A stretch of DNA of 64,000 nt from an uncultured Salinivenus sp. (GTDB taxonomy: Bacteria; Bacteroidota; Rhodothermia; Rhodothermales; Salinibacteraceae): positions 1,334-65,333 of the forward strand of contig CAZFJR010000002.1 in assembly GCA_964519235.1 (NCBI GenBank), read 5' to 3'. The notes under the pieces were generated by a model, which was not told where the DNA came from, made no database searches, and was given only the letters and a program-made list of their open reading frames with translations. How positions within the stretch are numbered: position 1 is the first letter of the stretch; each line of letters begins with the position of its first letter. Below, piece by piece: positions 39,443 through 49,721 of this stretch. Position numbers and translations under genes: made by a program.

Positions 39443-40534
39443 ATGCCCGACCGCAACTTTCAAGACGCCTCGGAACGCTCCCCCAGCGCCTCCCCCTCGC
39501 CCACTGCGGCACCCAGCCCCCTGCCCGACGACCCCGACAAGCTCAGCGGTGCCCAGAAGGCGGCCACCTTGCTCATCGCATTGGGCGTCGACACGGCCAG
39601 CGAAGTGCTGCAGCACCTCAACGACAAGGAAGTGGAGGAGGTCTCGGTCGAGGTGGCCCGAATGCGAAACACGCCCAGCGACCTAGTGGAGGACGTCCTC
39701 CTGGAATACCGCGACGTGGTGCGGGCCCAGAGCTACGTGGCCCAGGGCGGCGTGGAGTACGCCCGAGAGGTTCTGAACGAAGCCATGGGGCCTCGGCGGG
39801 CCGAAGAGGTCATGATGCGCGTGGAGGCCGCCATGGAAGTGTCGGCGTTTCACCTGTTGCAGACCGTCGAGACAGATCAACTCACCAATTTTCTCCGCCG
39901 CGAGCACCCGCAGACGGCCGCGCTCATTCTGGCCCACCTCAACCCCCGCAAGGCCGCCGAGATCGTCTCGGGCCTGAACGAGGACCTGCAGAGCGAGATC
40001 ATGTACCGGCTGGCGACGATGGGCAACACGTCCCCGGAAATGATTAACGACATCGAAGAGGTCATCCGCAACCAACTGGGCTCCGTTATCGGAGCCGAGA
40101 CGAGCGTGTCTGGGGGCATCGAACAGGTCGCCGAGATTCTCAACACCACGAGCCGGTCCTCGGAGCGCGCCATTCTAGACTCGCTGCGCGACCGTTCCGA
40201 AGAACTGGCCACGTCTATCAAGAACCTCATGTTCGTGTTCGACGACCTGGTGCACATCCGGGGCGAGGACCTGCAGACGCTGCTCATGGAAGTGGAACAG
40301 GACGACCTTGCGCTCGCCCTGAAAGCCGCCTCGGACGAGTTGGAAGAAAAGGTGATGCGCAACGTGAGCGACCGAGTGGCCGAATCGCTCGAAGAGGAGA
40401 TCGAGCTCCTGGGGCGCGTGCGGGTAAGCGAGGTGGAGGAGGCACAGCACCGCATTCTGGAAAAGGCGCAGGAGCTGGAGGCGCAGGACGAGATTGTCCT
40501 CTCGCACGCCTCGGAAGAGTCGATGGTGCAGTAG
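39443..40534 (+). CDS. fliG: Motor switch protein FliG
   Basis: QKAA.LLI.LG, GGVEYA, EHPQ, MFVFDD. Confidence 0.97.
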   Translation: MPDRNFQDASERSPSASPSPTAAPSPLPDDPDKLSGAQKAATLLIALGVDTASEVLQHLNDKEVEEVSVEVARMRNTPSDLVEDVLLEYRDVVRAQSYVAQGGVEYAREVLNEAMGPRRAEEVMMRVEAAMEVSAFHLLQTVETDQLTNFLRREHPQTAALILAHLNPRKAAEIVSGLNEDLQSEIMYRLATMGNTSPEMINDIEEVIRNQLGSVIGAETSVSGGIEQVAEILNTTSRSSERAILDSLRDRSEELATSIKNLMFVFDDLVHIRGEDLQTLLMEVEQDDLALALKAASDELEEKVMRNVSDRVAESLEEEIELLGRVRVSEVEEAQHRILEKAQELEAQDEIVLSHASEESMVQ

Positions 40535-40585
40535 CCCTCGGTCCTGCCTTCGCGCCGTCTGTTTCTCATTCTCCCTACCTGCCCG

Positions 40586-41539
40586 ATGGGCCGCATCCTC
40601 AAGGAAGACGACCAGTCGAACGTGCGCCCGGCTTCGCTGGACGAGACGGACTTTCGGGAGGACGCACCTCCCGCGGCCTCGCCCCGCATTCCGGCGGACC
40701 AGGTGAACATCTCGAACGACGGCCCGCGCGGCCCCGATGCCCCAGCGGCCCGGGACGTCCTGCGGCGCGACCAGACCCAAGAAGCCGACGCGCCGGTGCC
40801 CGTAGAGCCCCCCGCAGCTCCGGACGAGCCGTCTTCCACCGGCGCGAGCCCCAAACACCCCGGCGTGGACGACGGCCCTGCAGACCCCGCCTCCACGGAC
40901 GTTCCCTCCACGCCCGCCGCCTCCGCAGACACCGCGGACGCCTCCCTTCCCGACCGCACGGCCGCGGAGTGGCAGGATCGCCTCGACAAGGCGGTGGAAG
41001 AAGCCCGCGCGGAAGGCTACGAGCGCGGTCACGACGACGGGTACGAAGCCGGGTACGACGACGGGCACAACGCGGCCGAGAGCGCCTTGCAGGCCGAGTG
41101 GGAGGATGCGCGTACGGCCCTAATCGACGACACCACCCGCTTCGAGGAGGCCTGGGCCCAATACGTGGAGGCCAACGAAACACGACTCGTAGAGCTGGCC
41201 CTGACGCTGGCCGAAGCCATCGTGGACGCCCCCCTGTCCGACGAGGTGCGTACGGCCTCGGAGGCGGCCCTTACCGACGCCGTCGCCGAGCTAGCGAGCA
41301 CGCCCCCCGTTACCGTTACCGTACACCCGGTCGACTACCAGCGCCTCCGGGAGTCCGGCCTGGCCGAACATCTCATCGACGCGTACGACGACCTGCAGCT
41401 CGAGTCCGACCCCGAGCGCCCCGAAGGCGACTGGGACGTTTCATCTCCCACCGGGGTGATCCGCCGCCGCCGAAGCGAAGTGATCGCGACACTTCGGGAT
41501 CGCCTCGGCCTGCCCGCCTCAGGACCCGATTCCTCTTGA
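40586..41539 (+). CDS. fliH: Flagellar assembly protein FliH with a long disordered N-terminus
   Basis: GxxxG repeats (AEGYERGHDDGYEAG), VHP.D; between fliG and fliI. Confidence 0.85.
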   Translation: MGRILKEDDQSNVRPASLDETDFREDAPPAASPRIPADQVNISNDGPRGPDAPAARDVLRRDQTQEADAPVPVEPPAAPDEPSSTGASPKHPGVDDGPADPASTDVPSTPAASADTADASLPDRTAAEWQDRLDKAVEEARAEGYERGHDDGYEAGYDDGHNAAESALQAEWEDARTALIDDTTRFEEAWAQYVEANETRLVELALTLAEAIVDAPLSDEVRTASEAALTDAVAELASTPPVTVTVHPVDYQRLRESGLAEHLIDAYDDLQLESDPERPEGDWDVSSPTGVIRRRRSEVIATLRDRLGLPASGPDSS

Positions 41540-41562
41540 TTGCTCTCTCCGTCCCTGCGCCC

Positions 41563-42891
41563 ATGCCGTCGCTTGCCAGCGCCCTCGATGCCCTCGACGC
41601 CTCCGCCGTGCCCCCGCGCCACTACGGGCGGGTAACCTCGGTGGTAGGACTGCTCGTAAAGGCCAACGACCTGGATGCCGCGGTGGGCGAGATGTGCCAC
41701 ATCCACGTCGGCTCCGGCCCCAGCCCGCGCACCGTGCGGGCCGAGGTGGTGGGCGTGCAGGAGGGCACCACTGTTCTCATGCCCATGGAAAAAACGCACG
41801 GCTTGCAGTCTGGCTGCCTCGTACGGCGGGCCGACCGCGGCATGACCGTGCCGGCTGGGCCAGGCCTCCTCGGCCGCGTCATTGACGCCGGCGGGCGCCC
41901 CATCGACGGCCACGGCCCACTGGGCCCCACAGAGCCGGTCCCGATTCACCGAGACCCGCCATCTCCACTCGATCGGCCCCTGATCGACACCCCCCTGCGC
42001 ACAGGCATCCGGGCCATCGATGGGTTTCTCAAGATGGGCAAGGGGCAGCGCACCGGCATCTTCGCGGGGTCGGGCGTCGGCAAAAGCACGCTTCTGGGAA
42101 TGATTGCCCGCCGTGCGGAGGCGGACGTGAATGTCATTGCCCTCATCGGGGAGCGGGGACGCGAGGTGCGCGAGTTTATCACGGACAACCTGGGAGAAGG
42201 CGGGCTGCGGCGCACGGCCCTCTTAACCGTAACCGGCGACGAGGCCGCCATGAGCCGCGTCAAGGGGGCCAGCGCCGCTATGGCCATCGCCGAGTACTTC
42301 CGGGACCAGGGCAAGGACGTGCTCTTCATGATGGACTCGCTGACGCGGGTGGCCCGGGCGCAGCGCGAGATCGGCCTGGCGGTGGGCGAGCCGCCTACGA
42401 CGCGGGGCTATCCGCCGAGCGTCTTTGCCCTGCTGCCTCGCCTGCTGGAACGGGCCGGCCCCGCCGCGGCGGGCACCATCACGGGCGTTTTCACCGTGCT
42501 GGTGGAGGGGGACGATATGAACGAACCCATCAGTGACGCGGCCCGCGGCATCCTAGACGGCCACATCGTGCTCTCCCGCGCCCTCGCCGAAGCCGGGCAC
42601 TATCCCGCCATCGACGTGCTGGAGAGCGTGAGTCGCGTCATGCCCCGGGTGGCCGGCGAACCGGCGCAGGAGGCCGCCCGCGAGGCCCGGCAGCTCCTGG
42701 CCGCCTACGACGAGGTGGAAGACCTCCTTAACGTAGGGGCCTACGAACCAGGCAGCGACCCGGAGACCGACCGGGCCGTCGACGCCCACCCGGCCCTCAC
42801 GAACTTCTTACAACAGGACGCCCACACGCCCCCCTCGGGGCCCAGCGCGTCCGAGCAGCTTCGGTCCGTTCTGGACCAAATCCCGGAGTAG
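41563..42891 (+). CDS. fliI: Flagellar export ATPase FliI
   Basis: GIFAGSGVGKST, LIGERGREV, DSLTR, GHYPAID. Confidence 0.97.
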   Translation: MPSLASALDALDASAVPPRHYGRVTSVVGLLVKANDLDAAVGEMCHIHVGSGPSPRTVRAEVVGVQEGTTVLMPMEKTHGLQSGCLVRRADRGMTVPAGPGLLGRVIDAGGRPIDGHGPLGPTEPVPIHRDPPSPLDRPLIDTPLRTGIRAIDGFLKMGKGQRTGIFAGSGVGKSTLLGMIARRAEADVNVIALIGERGREVREFITDNLGEGGLRRTALLTVTGDEAAMSRVKGASAAMAIAEYFRDQGKDVLFMMDSLTRVARAQREIGLAVGEPPTTRGYPPSVFALLPRLLERAGPAAAGTITGVFTVLVEGDDMNEPISDAARGILDGHIVLSRALAEAGHYPAIDVLESVSRVMPRVAGEPAQEAAREARQLLAAYDEVEDLLNVGAYEPGSDPETDRAVDAHPALTNFLQQDAHTPPSGPSASEQLRSVLDQIPE

Positions 42892-42894
42892 CGC

Positions 42895-42909
42895 TGGCAG
42901 GGAATTTGG
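42895..42909 (+). promoter_or_regulatory. Candidate internal sigma54 promoter before fliJ
   Basis: TGGCAGGGAATTTGG: GG-N10-GG. Confidence 0.4.
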
Positions 42910-43059
42910 TCTACACATGAGCAGCGCAGATTTCTTCCCTGCGCCGGGCGGCGGGCTCGCGGCACTCTGCTCGTCGCGGCCGCCCAGCCGCCCTACACGC
43001 CGTCCGCTCGCATGCGGCGCGGCGCTCGGCCTTCAACACGACCGGTCCCTCTTCCACCG

Positions 43060-43527
43060 ATGCCAGGCAAGAAATTCCGCTTCTCCCTGCAAAAAGTGCT
43101 GGAGCTTCGTCGTCACAAAACGGAGCGGGCCCGCCAGCGCCTGACCCATGCCCAACAGGCACTGGAGCAGAAGCGTGAAGCCCTCGCCCGTGCCAAAGAG
43201 CAACTGGATGCGTGCCAGCGTACGGCCAGCGAGACCCGGCGTGTTCAGCCGGCTGAGCTGCGACAGGACCGGGCCTTTCGGGCGCGGGCCCGAGCATCGG
43301 TGGCGGAGGCCCGCGCCGCCGTGGACGAGTGTGCGGAAGACGTGCGCAAGGCCCGGGCGGCCCTGCAGGACGCGCGGCAGGCCGAGGAAACCATCGAAGA
43401 GCTTCGCGCCCAGGAGAAGGAGGAGCACAAGCAGGCACAGGAACGAGCCGAAGTGGCCTTTTTCGACGAGCAGGCCGTGATGCGCCACGCTCGCAGCAGC
43501 CCCTCGTCCCCGATGTCGAACCTATGA
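43060..43527 (+). CDS. fliJ: Flagellar export protein FliJ
   Basis: KKFRFSLQKVLELR, coiled coil, terminal E...FDE. Confidence 0.92.
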   Translation: MPGKKFRFSLQKVLELRRHKTERARQRLTHAQQALEQKREALARAKEQLDACQRTASETRRVQPAELRQDRAFRARARASVAEARAAVDECAEDVRKARAALQDARQAEETIEELRAQEKEEHKQAQERAEVAFFDEQAVMRHARSSPSSPMSNL

Positions 43528-44219
43528 GGAAAACCACAGTCACGTCCATTTTGGCCATCGCGGGCGCTGCCCTAGGCGCCGCCCTGGTGGGACTGCTGGG
43601 GGCCTACTTCATCCTGCCGCAGGTGGCACCGGGGCTTGCGTCCTCTGCGGCGTCGGAGCAACAAGTGCCCTCAGACTCGGCATCCCGCTCTCAGCCCGAC
43701 ACGGCCCGCCGTGCTTCGCCTGCTGCCTCCGCCCCGGCCTCCTTGGAGCGTTCCGACTCTGCCTCCGGCGCCTCCAGCCTGCGGTCGGCGCGCGGGCCCT
43801 CCCCGGCGGTGTCCACTCGTTCCGATACGGCCCGCTCTCCTGCGGCCCAGGCCCTCCGCGACTCGATCGCTGTGCTCCGTCGCCGTCTGCGCACGGCGCA
43901 GGAAGCGGCCCGCTCGCTCCGGAAAGACACCAGCGCGCTCCGCACGCGGCTGAGCGCGGCAGAGACCAGACGCGCGAAGGTCAATGAGCTCAGCGATGCG
44001 CTCATGGACATGCGGCGGCGGGGGCTCACGAGCCTCCTGAAGGAAGTAAAAATGAGTGTGTTGAAGGCGCTGTACCGGCAGACCACAGGCAGCGCCCGCA
44101 CGCGCCTCCTTCAGTCGATGAAGCCGGCCCGCGCCGCCCGATTCATCAACCAGGTCGTGGAGCAAGACACCGCCGAACCGGCCCCCATCGCCCCGGACTC
44201 TGCGCTCGCCTCCGAGTAG
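43524..44219 (+). CDS. MotE/FlbB/YlxF-like protein (TM, coiled coil, MgtE_N-like C-terminus)
   Basis: N-terminal TM, coiled coil, LLQSMKPARAARF; between fliJ and fliK. Confidence 0.7.
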   Translation: MRKTTVTSILAIAGAALGAALVGLLGAYFILPQVAPGLASSAASEQQVPSDSASRSQPDTARRASPAASAPASLERSDSASGASSLRSARGPSPAVSTRSDTARSPAAQALRDSIAVLRRRLRTAQEAARSLRKDTSALRTRLSAAETRRAKVNELSDALMDMRRRGLTSLLKEVKMSVLKALYRQTTGSARTRLLQSMKPARAARFINQVVEQDTAEPAPIAPDSALASE

Positions 44220-44244
44220 TCTCCCTCACCGCCTCCTCGTTCGC

Positions 44245-46161
44245 ATGCAGTCGTCGTTCGCCCAAGCCCCCGAGCGCACCGCGGCGGCGTCCTCGCCAGA
44301 GGCGCCGGATTCCCCCCCAACGGCCCCGGACCACGCGTTCGCCAACGCCTTGTCGGGGGCGCAAAACAAACAGCGTCCCATGCTCTCAGGGTCAGCCGGC
44401 TCGCCCCCGAAGGCGGAAGCCCCATCGTCCCCGGGCACTTCCCCCGCGCCCTCTTCGGACGCTCCCGAGTCGTCCTCTGCCGCCGGAACGACCCCGAACA
44501 AAGACGGCGGTGCCCCCACACGCTCCCGCGCAGGCACGTCTTTCTCAGATACGGCGGCCCAGACAGGCCCCTCCTCACATACTTCTTTCTCCCCGTCCTC
44601 TTCTGGCCCTCAGAATGCCACACGGGCGGCGGTGCCCGCGTCGGAGCACGCGCGTCCGGCCCCCAAAGACGCGTCGAAGGCGTCAGTCTCAGCGTCTCGC
44701 ATCGGTCGGCAGCGGCCCGCGTCGTCCGCCGCCGCCAAAACCGCTCGTCCGGCCCCTCCCCACGACAGCGCCCCGAAAAGTGCCGCCTCGGCACCCAAGC
44801 GTCCACTGCCCTCTTCGCCTGCGCCCGCGGCGCCCCGCCGCTCAATGACTGCCGCGCACCTCCCAACACAGCAGAACGAGGCCCCACCGTCCTCCCAGCG
44901 CGGGTCCGGGGCTGGAGGGACCGCCTTGCCTCAGCAGACGGTTCCCCGCCAGTCCTTCGCCCGCCAGTCCCTCGTTCGTACGATGCCGCTTCGGGCCTCT
45001 CTTCCCACGGCGTCTTCTTCGCTCACGGCGGAGCAGTCTGCAGCCTGGAAGTCGCTCCCCCTTGCGGCGATTGTACAGAAAGGAGGGCCCATCAGTGAGG
45101 GAGGCTCGCCCGCTCTGCCGCGGGGACCCGCCGTGCGCATCGTCTCTGTGACTCAGTGGGGACAGCCGCTTGACGCCCCCCCATCGCTTCTCGCGCGTCG
45201 GGCGGCGGGCACGCCGGCGGCGCCCGCCGCCTCCCCAGACGAACCAGCGAAGCGTGCGACGCCTTCTGCGGAGGCTTCCGCCCGTGAACGCGCCTTTCGA
45301 GGGGCCCGCCCCAGGCTTTTGAAGACGCACGGCCGCCCCACCGCCTCTTCGCCCGCCTCCTCTGCTTCGTCTCTCTCGGCGCCGTCCGACTCCGCCTCGG
45401 CCCCGCAGGCGGGCGGAGGGGACACGGGCTCGCGCTCTCGACAGAACGCACAGGGGACCGCCTCATCCGCGTCGTCCACGGACGAAAACGACTCCGGAAG
45501 GACAGGGAAGCGACAGGCAGCGGGCTCCCGTTCAGAGAGTCGCGTAGAGTTCTTGCGTGCCTCCGCCCGTCGCGAAGGCACCGCCCGCCCCTCCCGTGCT
45601 CCCTCGCCCGCGTCTCTGGGGACTGGGGGAGGAGCCGAGGCCGGCGGCAAGGGCTGGACCGCCGCCCTCTCCTCTCTTGGCTCCTCGGGGGCATCGAGCA
45701 AGGGAGCGCAGGCCGGCTCCGCCTCAGCCCCGCCCCGCACGCTCCCATCTGCGTGGCTTCAGAGCGCCACCCAGGGCCCGCTCCAGACCGCCGAACTGGC
45801 AAGCGGCTGGAAGGCGATGGAACTGACTCTCGGGAGCGACAACGGTACGCTCACCGTGAAGGCGCGGCCCGACGCAGACGGAGTGGCGGTGTCGGTTCGC
45901 GTCAGCGAGGCGCGCCTGCGAAGCCAGCTCGCCGCCAACGCCCGTCGCCTCCAGGAAACGATGCAGGGCCAGTACGGCAGCGACGTGGACCTCTCGTTCG
46001 GTGGGGGGAGCGCCGGCGGCTCGGGGGGAGAGACGCCAGACGAGTCGTCCTCGCGGCGACGCTCGCGCCCGTCGTCCACCCCCGATTCTCCCTCTGATTC
46101 CCCTATCCCCGATCCGTCTCCCCGGCCGGACGCCCCCGGCCGGCGCGAGTGGATCGGGTAG
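44245..46161 (+). CDS. fliK: Hook-length control protein FliK
   Basis: Long S/A/P-rich region plus C-terminal T3S4-like domain (LTLG...GTLTV, LAAN..RL); precedes flgD. Confidence 0.75.
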   Translation: MQSSFAQAPERTAAASSPEAPDSPPTAPDHAFANALSGAQNKQRPMLSGSAGSPPKAEAPSSPGTSPAPSSDAPESSSAAGTTPNKDGGAPTRSRAGTSFSDTAAQTGPSSHTSFSPSSSGPQNATRAAVPASEHARPAPKDASKASVSASRIGRQRPASSAAAKTARPAPPHDSAPKSAASAPKRPLPSSPAPAAPRRSMTAAHLPTQQNEAPPSSQRGSGAGGTALPQQTVPRQSFARQSLVRTMPLRASLPTASSSLTAEQSAAWKSLPLAAIVQKGGPISEGGSPALPRGPAVRIVSVTQWGQPLDAPPSLLARRAAGTPAAPAASPDEPAKRATPSAEASARERAFRGARPRLLKTHGRPTASSPASSASSLSAPSDSASAPQAGGGDTGSRSRQNAQGTASSASSTDENDSGRTGKRQAAGSRSESRVEFLRASARREGTARPSRAPSPASLGTGGGAEAGGKGWTAALSSLGSSGASSKGAQAGSASAPPRTLPSAWLQSATQGPLQTAELASGWKAMELTLGSDNGTLTVKARPDADGVAVSVRVSEARLRSQLAANARRLQETMQGQYGSDVDLSFGGGSAGGSGGETPDESSSRRRSRPSSTPDSPSDSPIPDPSPRPDAPGRREWIG

Positions 46162-46205
46162 CCGCTTCGTCCTCTTCACTGTTGTCTCATTCCCCCTTTC
46201 GTCCC

Positions 46206-46904
46206 ATGCAGCCTTTTGCCTCCCCACCCGCTTCCCGCTCCAGCGGGGCCTCGTCCGGTGCCGCCAGCAACGCCCTCTCGAAAACCGCCTCGCAGAAAGT
46301 GGGCAAAGACGGGTTTCTGAAGATTCTGGTGACCCAGCTCAAAAACCAAAATCCGACCGACCCCATGAAGGGACGCGACTTTGCGTCGCAGCTGGCCCAG
46401 TTCAGCTCCGTGGAGCAGCTCACCGGCATTTCCGACCAGTTGGAGCAACAGAAGACCTCCGACCGGGCCCTCACGCAGAGCATCAATAGCGGAGTGGCCA
46501 CGGACCTAATCGGACGTACCGTTGAGGCCTCCGGTGGCGAGTTCACGTGGGCCGGCGAGGGCACCATGACGCTGGGGGCCGACCTGTCCTCCGGCGCTTC
46601 GAACGTGACGATGACCGTTCGGGATGCCGCCGGAAACGCCGTGCACACCCGCACGCTCGACGACGTGCCGGCCGGTCCGCAGGAAATTTCTTGGGACGGC
46701 ACCACCAATTCCGATGCCCCCGCCCCCGCGGGCAACTACTCTGTTCAAATCGAGGCCACCGACGCTCAGGGCGATCCGGTAGAGGCCCGTCCGTACGTTG
46801 CGGGGCGTGTCGACCGCGTTGCCTTCGGCAAAGACGGCACGCGCCTGTGGGTAGGCGGCGCGAAGCTGCCGATGAGCCGCGTCCGAAGCGTCGCCGCGCC
46901 CTGA
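46206..46904 (+). CDS. flgD: Hook-capping protein FlgD
   Basis: [30 protein letters not shown]. Confidence 0.96.
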   Translation: MQPFASPPASRSSGASSGAASNALSKTASQKVGKDGFLKILVTQLKNQNPTDPMKGRDFASQLAQFSSVEQLTGISDQLEQQKTSDRALTQSINSGVATDLIGRTVEASGGEFTWAGEGTMTLGADLSSGASNVTMTVRDAAGNAVHTRTLDDVPAGPQEISWDGTTNSDAPAPAGNYSVQIEATDAQGDPVEARPYVAGRVDRVAFGKDGTRLWVGGAKLPMSRVRSVAAP

Positions 46905-46982
46905 CGCCTGGCCGTCCTCGCCCCCGCCCCCGCGGCTCGGACGCCGCCCGTGCCTCTTTCTCGCCCCCACCCCGCCCCCGCC

Positions 46983-47375
46983 ATGACGATCGAGCAGCGC
47001 AGCGGTCGGATCTCGCCCGCTCCAGGCTCGGCCCCACGGCCCAACGAGCCGTCGCCCTCTACGCAGCGCCCCGACGGCTCCTCGTTCGCGGAGCACCTGG
47101 AAGCGATCCAGACGCAGGGAGCCGACCTCGAACTGTCGGCCCATGCCAGGCAGCGGATTGCGCAGCGCAACATTTCCCTGAACGCCGCCGAGCGCCAAAC
47201 GCTTTCCGACGCCGTGGAGACGCTCGACGACAAGGGCGCCCAGGACGCCGCCGTTCTTCGCGACGACGCGGCCTTCGTGGTCAACGTGCCCAGCCGCACC
47301 GTCGTCACTGCTCTCGACCAGTCCGAGATGCAACAACGCGTATTCACCCAAATCGACAGTGCCATGACGCTTTGA
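46983..47375 (+). CDS. Flagellar operon protein (TIGR02530 family)
   Basis: SAHARQRI..R.I, KG, VNV.SRTVVTA, VFTQIDSA. Confidence 0.9.
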   Translation: MTIEQRSGRISPAPGSAPRPNEPSPSTQRPDGSSFAEHLEAIQTQGADLELSAHARQRIAQRNISLNAAERQTLSDAVETLDDKGAQDAAVLRDDAAFVVNVPSRTVVTALDQSEMQQRVFTQIDSAMTL

Positions 47376-47560
47376 CAGTGCCCCTTTACAGTGCCTCTTC
47401 GCCCCCCTAGCCCCTCTTCGCTGCTCTTTTGAACCAAAGCTTCCTTTTCCGGCGGGCCCCACGTCCTCGCTCGTTGTGCGGGGCCCGGGACGCCGGTGCG
47501 CAGCCGACCGACCGACGCTGCGCGGGTTTCGTTGCACTCTTCCCTCAACCATTACACACC

Positions 47561-48859
47561 ATGAGCTTGCAATCGCTCCGTACCGGCGTGTCAGGCTTAA
47601 CCGCCAACCAGACGCGCCTCGACGTCATCAGCAACAACATTTCCAACTCCAGCACCGTCGCCTTCAAGGAGGGCCGGGCGGCGTTCAGCGAGGTCCTCGG
47701 CCGGGAGATTCTGGGCAGCGGGCAGAAGTTTGGGGGCGCCGTAAACCCCTCCAAGGTGGGACGCGGGGCGGCCGTCGCCTCCGTCGACCGCAACTTTGCC
47801 CAGGGCTCGCTGGACAGCACCGGCATCAAGACCGACCTTGCCCTGAGCGGCGACGGCTTCTTCATTGCCAGCCCGCAAGAGGGCGCCGGCAGCCAGCAGC
47901 GGCGGCTCACACGGGCCGGCGACTTCACCTTCAACCAGAACGGAGAGCTCGTGACGAACGACGGCCTGAACGTGCAGGGCTGGAAGATCAACGAGGCCGG
48001 CGAGGTGCAGACTGGTGCCCTGGAAGACATCCAGATGGACATGAATGCGCAGTCCAGCGCGAAATTCACGGGCGCCGCCACCGTGGGGGGCAACCTCTCG
48101 GCCGACGCGGCGGTGGACGATACGAGCTCCATCTCCACCGTCGTCTACGACGAACAAGGCACGGCCTACAACGCGGTCGTCGAGTTTCAGAAGACCGGCG
48201 ACGACCAGTGGAACTACACGGTGCGGGCCGCCGACAGCGCCCCCTTCCAGGACGGCAACGGAGGCGATCCCGGCGTGGCCAGCGGAACGATCAACTTCGC
48301 CTCCGACGGCTCCGTCGACGAGATTACGGACAGCACCGGAACGCCGCTCACCGGCCCGGACGGCGCGCCCTCGGGACCGTCTGTTACCTGGAAGCCCGAT
48401 GTCGTGGACGGTGGCCAGAACCTCTCGATCGACCTGGGCCAAATCACGCAGTACAGCGGCTCTACGACGTCTAAGTTCCAGAGCCAGAACGGCAACACGT
48501 CGGGAGAGCTCGCGGGCTACAACATCACCGAAAACGGCGAGTTGCAGCTCAACTACACCAATGGAGAGCAGCAGAAGACGTACCAGCTCGCCATCGGCAA
48601 CGTCAACAACCCCAACGGGTTGGAGCAGCAGGGCGACAACTTCTACACCACAACCAGCGCCTCCGGCGACCTTCAGCTCGGGCGCGCAGGGCGCGACCTG
48701 CAGACCTCGGTGGTGTCGGGATCTCTAGAATCGAGCAACGTGGACCTCGCCAGCGAGTTTGCCGACCTCATCGAGGCGCAGCGCAGCTACCAGGCCTCAT
48801 CTCGCGTCGTGACGACGGCCGACCAGGTGCTGCAGGAAACCGTACAGCTGAAGCGGTAA
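47561..48859 (+). CDS. flgE: Flagellar hook protein FlgE
   Basis: DVISNNISN, DLALSGDGFF, TRAGDF, LESSNVDLASEF, QRSYQA. Confidence 0.96.
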   Translation: MSLQSLRTGVSGLTANQTRLDVISNNISNSSTVAFKEGRAAFSEVLGREILGSGQKFGGAVNPSKVGRGAAVASVDRNFAQGSLDSTGIKTDLALSGDGFFIASPQEGAGSQQRRLTRAGDFTFNQNGELVTNDGLNVQGWKINEAGEVQTGALEDIQMDMNAQSSAKFTGAATVGGNLSADAAVDDTSSISTVVYDEQGTAYNAVVEFQKTGDDQWNYTVRAADSAPFQDGNGGDPGVASGTINFASDGSVDEITDSTGTPLTGPDGAPSGPSVTWKPDVVDGGQNLSIDLGQITQYSGSTTSKFQSQNGNTSGELAGYNITENGELQLNYTNGEQQKTYQLAIGNVNNPNGLEQQGDNFYTTTSASGDLQLGRAGRDLQTSVVSGSLESSNVDLASEFADLIEAQRSYQASSRVVTTADQVLQETVQLKR

Positions 48860-48908
48860 CGCCCTCGCTGAGAGCCAGCCCTCCCGCTGGCACTGCGTCT
48901 TTTCAAGG

Positions 48909-48937
48909 GGCCCCGTCCGTACCGGGCGGGGCCTTTT
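48909..48937 (+). terminator. Rho-independent terminator after flgE
   Basis: GGCCCCGTCC-GTACC-GGGCGGGGCC followed by TTTT. Confidence 0.8.
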
Positions 48938-49047
48938 GGCATTTGGTATCGATTGGCATTGGGCACGGGAGACGGCCGACACGGGCGGAGCGGGTGCAGG
49001 GGGGCGAACAGGCAGACGGACCGACCCGCGCGGCCTCGGCCGGTCGG

Positions 49048-49074
49048 TTAAAAAATGCATTTGGCCGCCGATAA
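49048..49074 (+). promoter_or_regulatory. sigma28 promoter of the che operon
   Basis: TTAA-N15-GCCGATAA. Confidence 0.9.
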
Positions 49075-49145
49075 CGAAGAACGATCCAACACTCGGAGCT
49101 TGCCAGCATTCGGAGCTTGCTTTTCCTCGCCACGCCCTCGTTCCC

Positions 49146-49679
49146 ATGACCCAGCACGACGCTCAGCAGCAAGACCTTCGCCAGTTCGTCAGTTTCGTTG
49201 TGGCCGGAGAAGAGTTTGGGGTAAACATCCTAACGGTTCAGGAAATCATCCGACCGGTCGACATCACCCGGGTGCCCCACGCTCCGGATTTCGTGGAGGG
49301 GGTCATCAACCTGCGCGGCCGGATTCTCCCGGTGATCGACCTGCGCACTCGCTTCGGGTTTCCCGCCCAGGAGCGCACGGGCGACATGCGCATCGTCGTG
49401 GTGGAGATCGGGGGCCGCACGGTCGGCTTCATGGCCGACGCGGTGCAGGAGGTACTCCGGGTGGACGTGTCCTCGATCGAATCGGCCCCGGAACTGGCCA
49501 TGGGCATCGACGCCGACTACCTGCGGGGGGTTGCCAAGCTCGACGAGCGGCTCCTCATTCTGCTGGACCTGGAGCGCCTCCTGTCTGCCGACGAGGAAGA
49601 AGCGCTTCAGGGACTGGACGACGATCCGTCGGCGGCCACGACGGCCGCCGCAGCCGTGCCTCAGGGCGCCGCAGCGTAG
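49146..49679 (+). CDS. cheW: Chemotaxis coupling protein CheW
   Basis: VQEII, GVINLRGRILPVIDL. Confidence 0.97.
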   Translation: MTQHDAQQQDLRQFVSFVVAGEEFGVNILTVQEIIRPVDITRVPHAPDFVEGVINLRGRILPVIDLRTRFGFPAQERTGDMRIVVVEIGGRTVGFMADAVQEVLRVDVSSIESAPELAMGIDADYLRGVAKLDERLLILLDLERLLSADEEEALQGLDDDPSAATTAAAAVPQGAAA

Positions 49680-49721
49680 CCTTGCCTCTTCCCCAGCCTC
49701 CCCCACAGGGCCGCCCCCTTC

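Noticed and set aside
40969-41562. N-terminal extension of FliI in the ORF track (likewise flgF, flgB, cheB, cheW, motB)
   Set aside because: Extensions overlap upstream genes or promoters; downstream ATGs match the family N-termini
37768-43527. Non-flagellar type III secretion system
   Set aside because: Rod, hook, ring, flagellin and stator genes make it clearly flagellar
48935-48966. TTGGCAT-like 7-mers as a sigma54 promoter
   Set aside because: They look like short degenerate tandem repeats after the terminator; the cheW operon already has a clear sigma28 promoter
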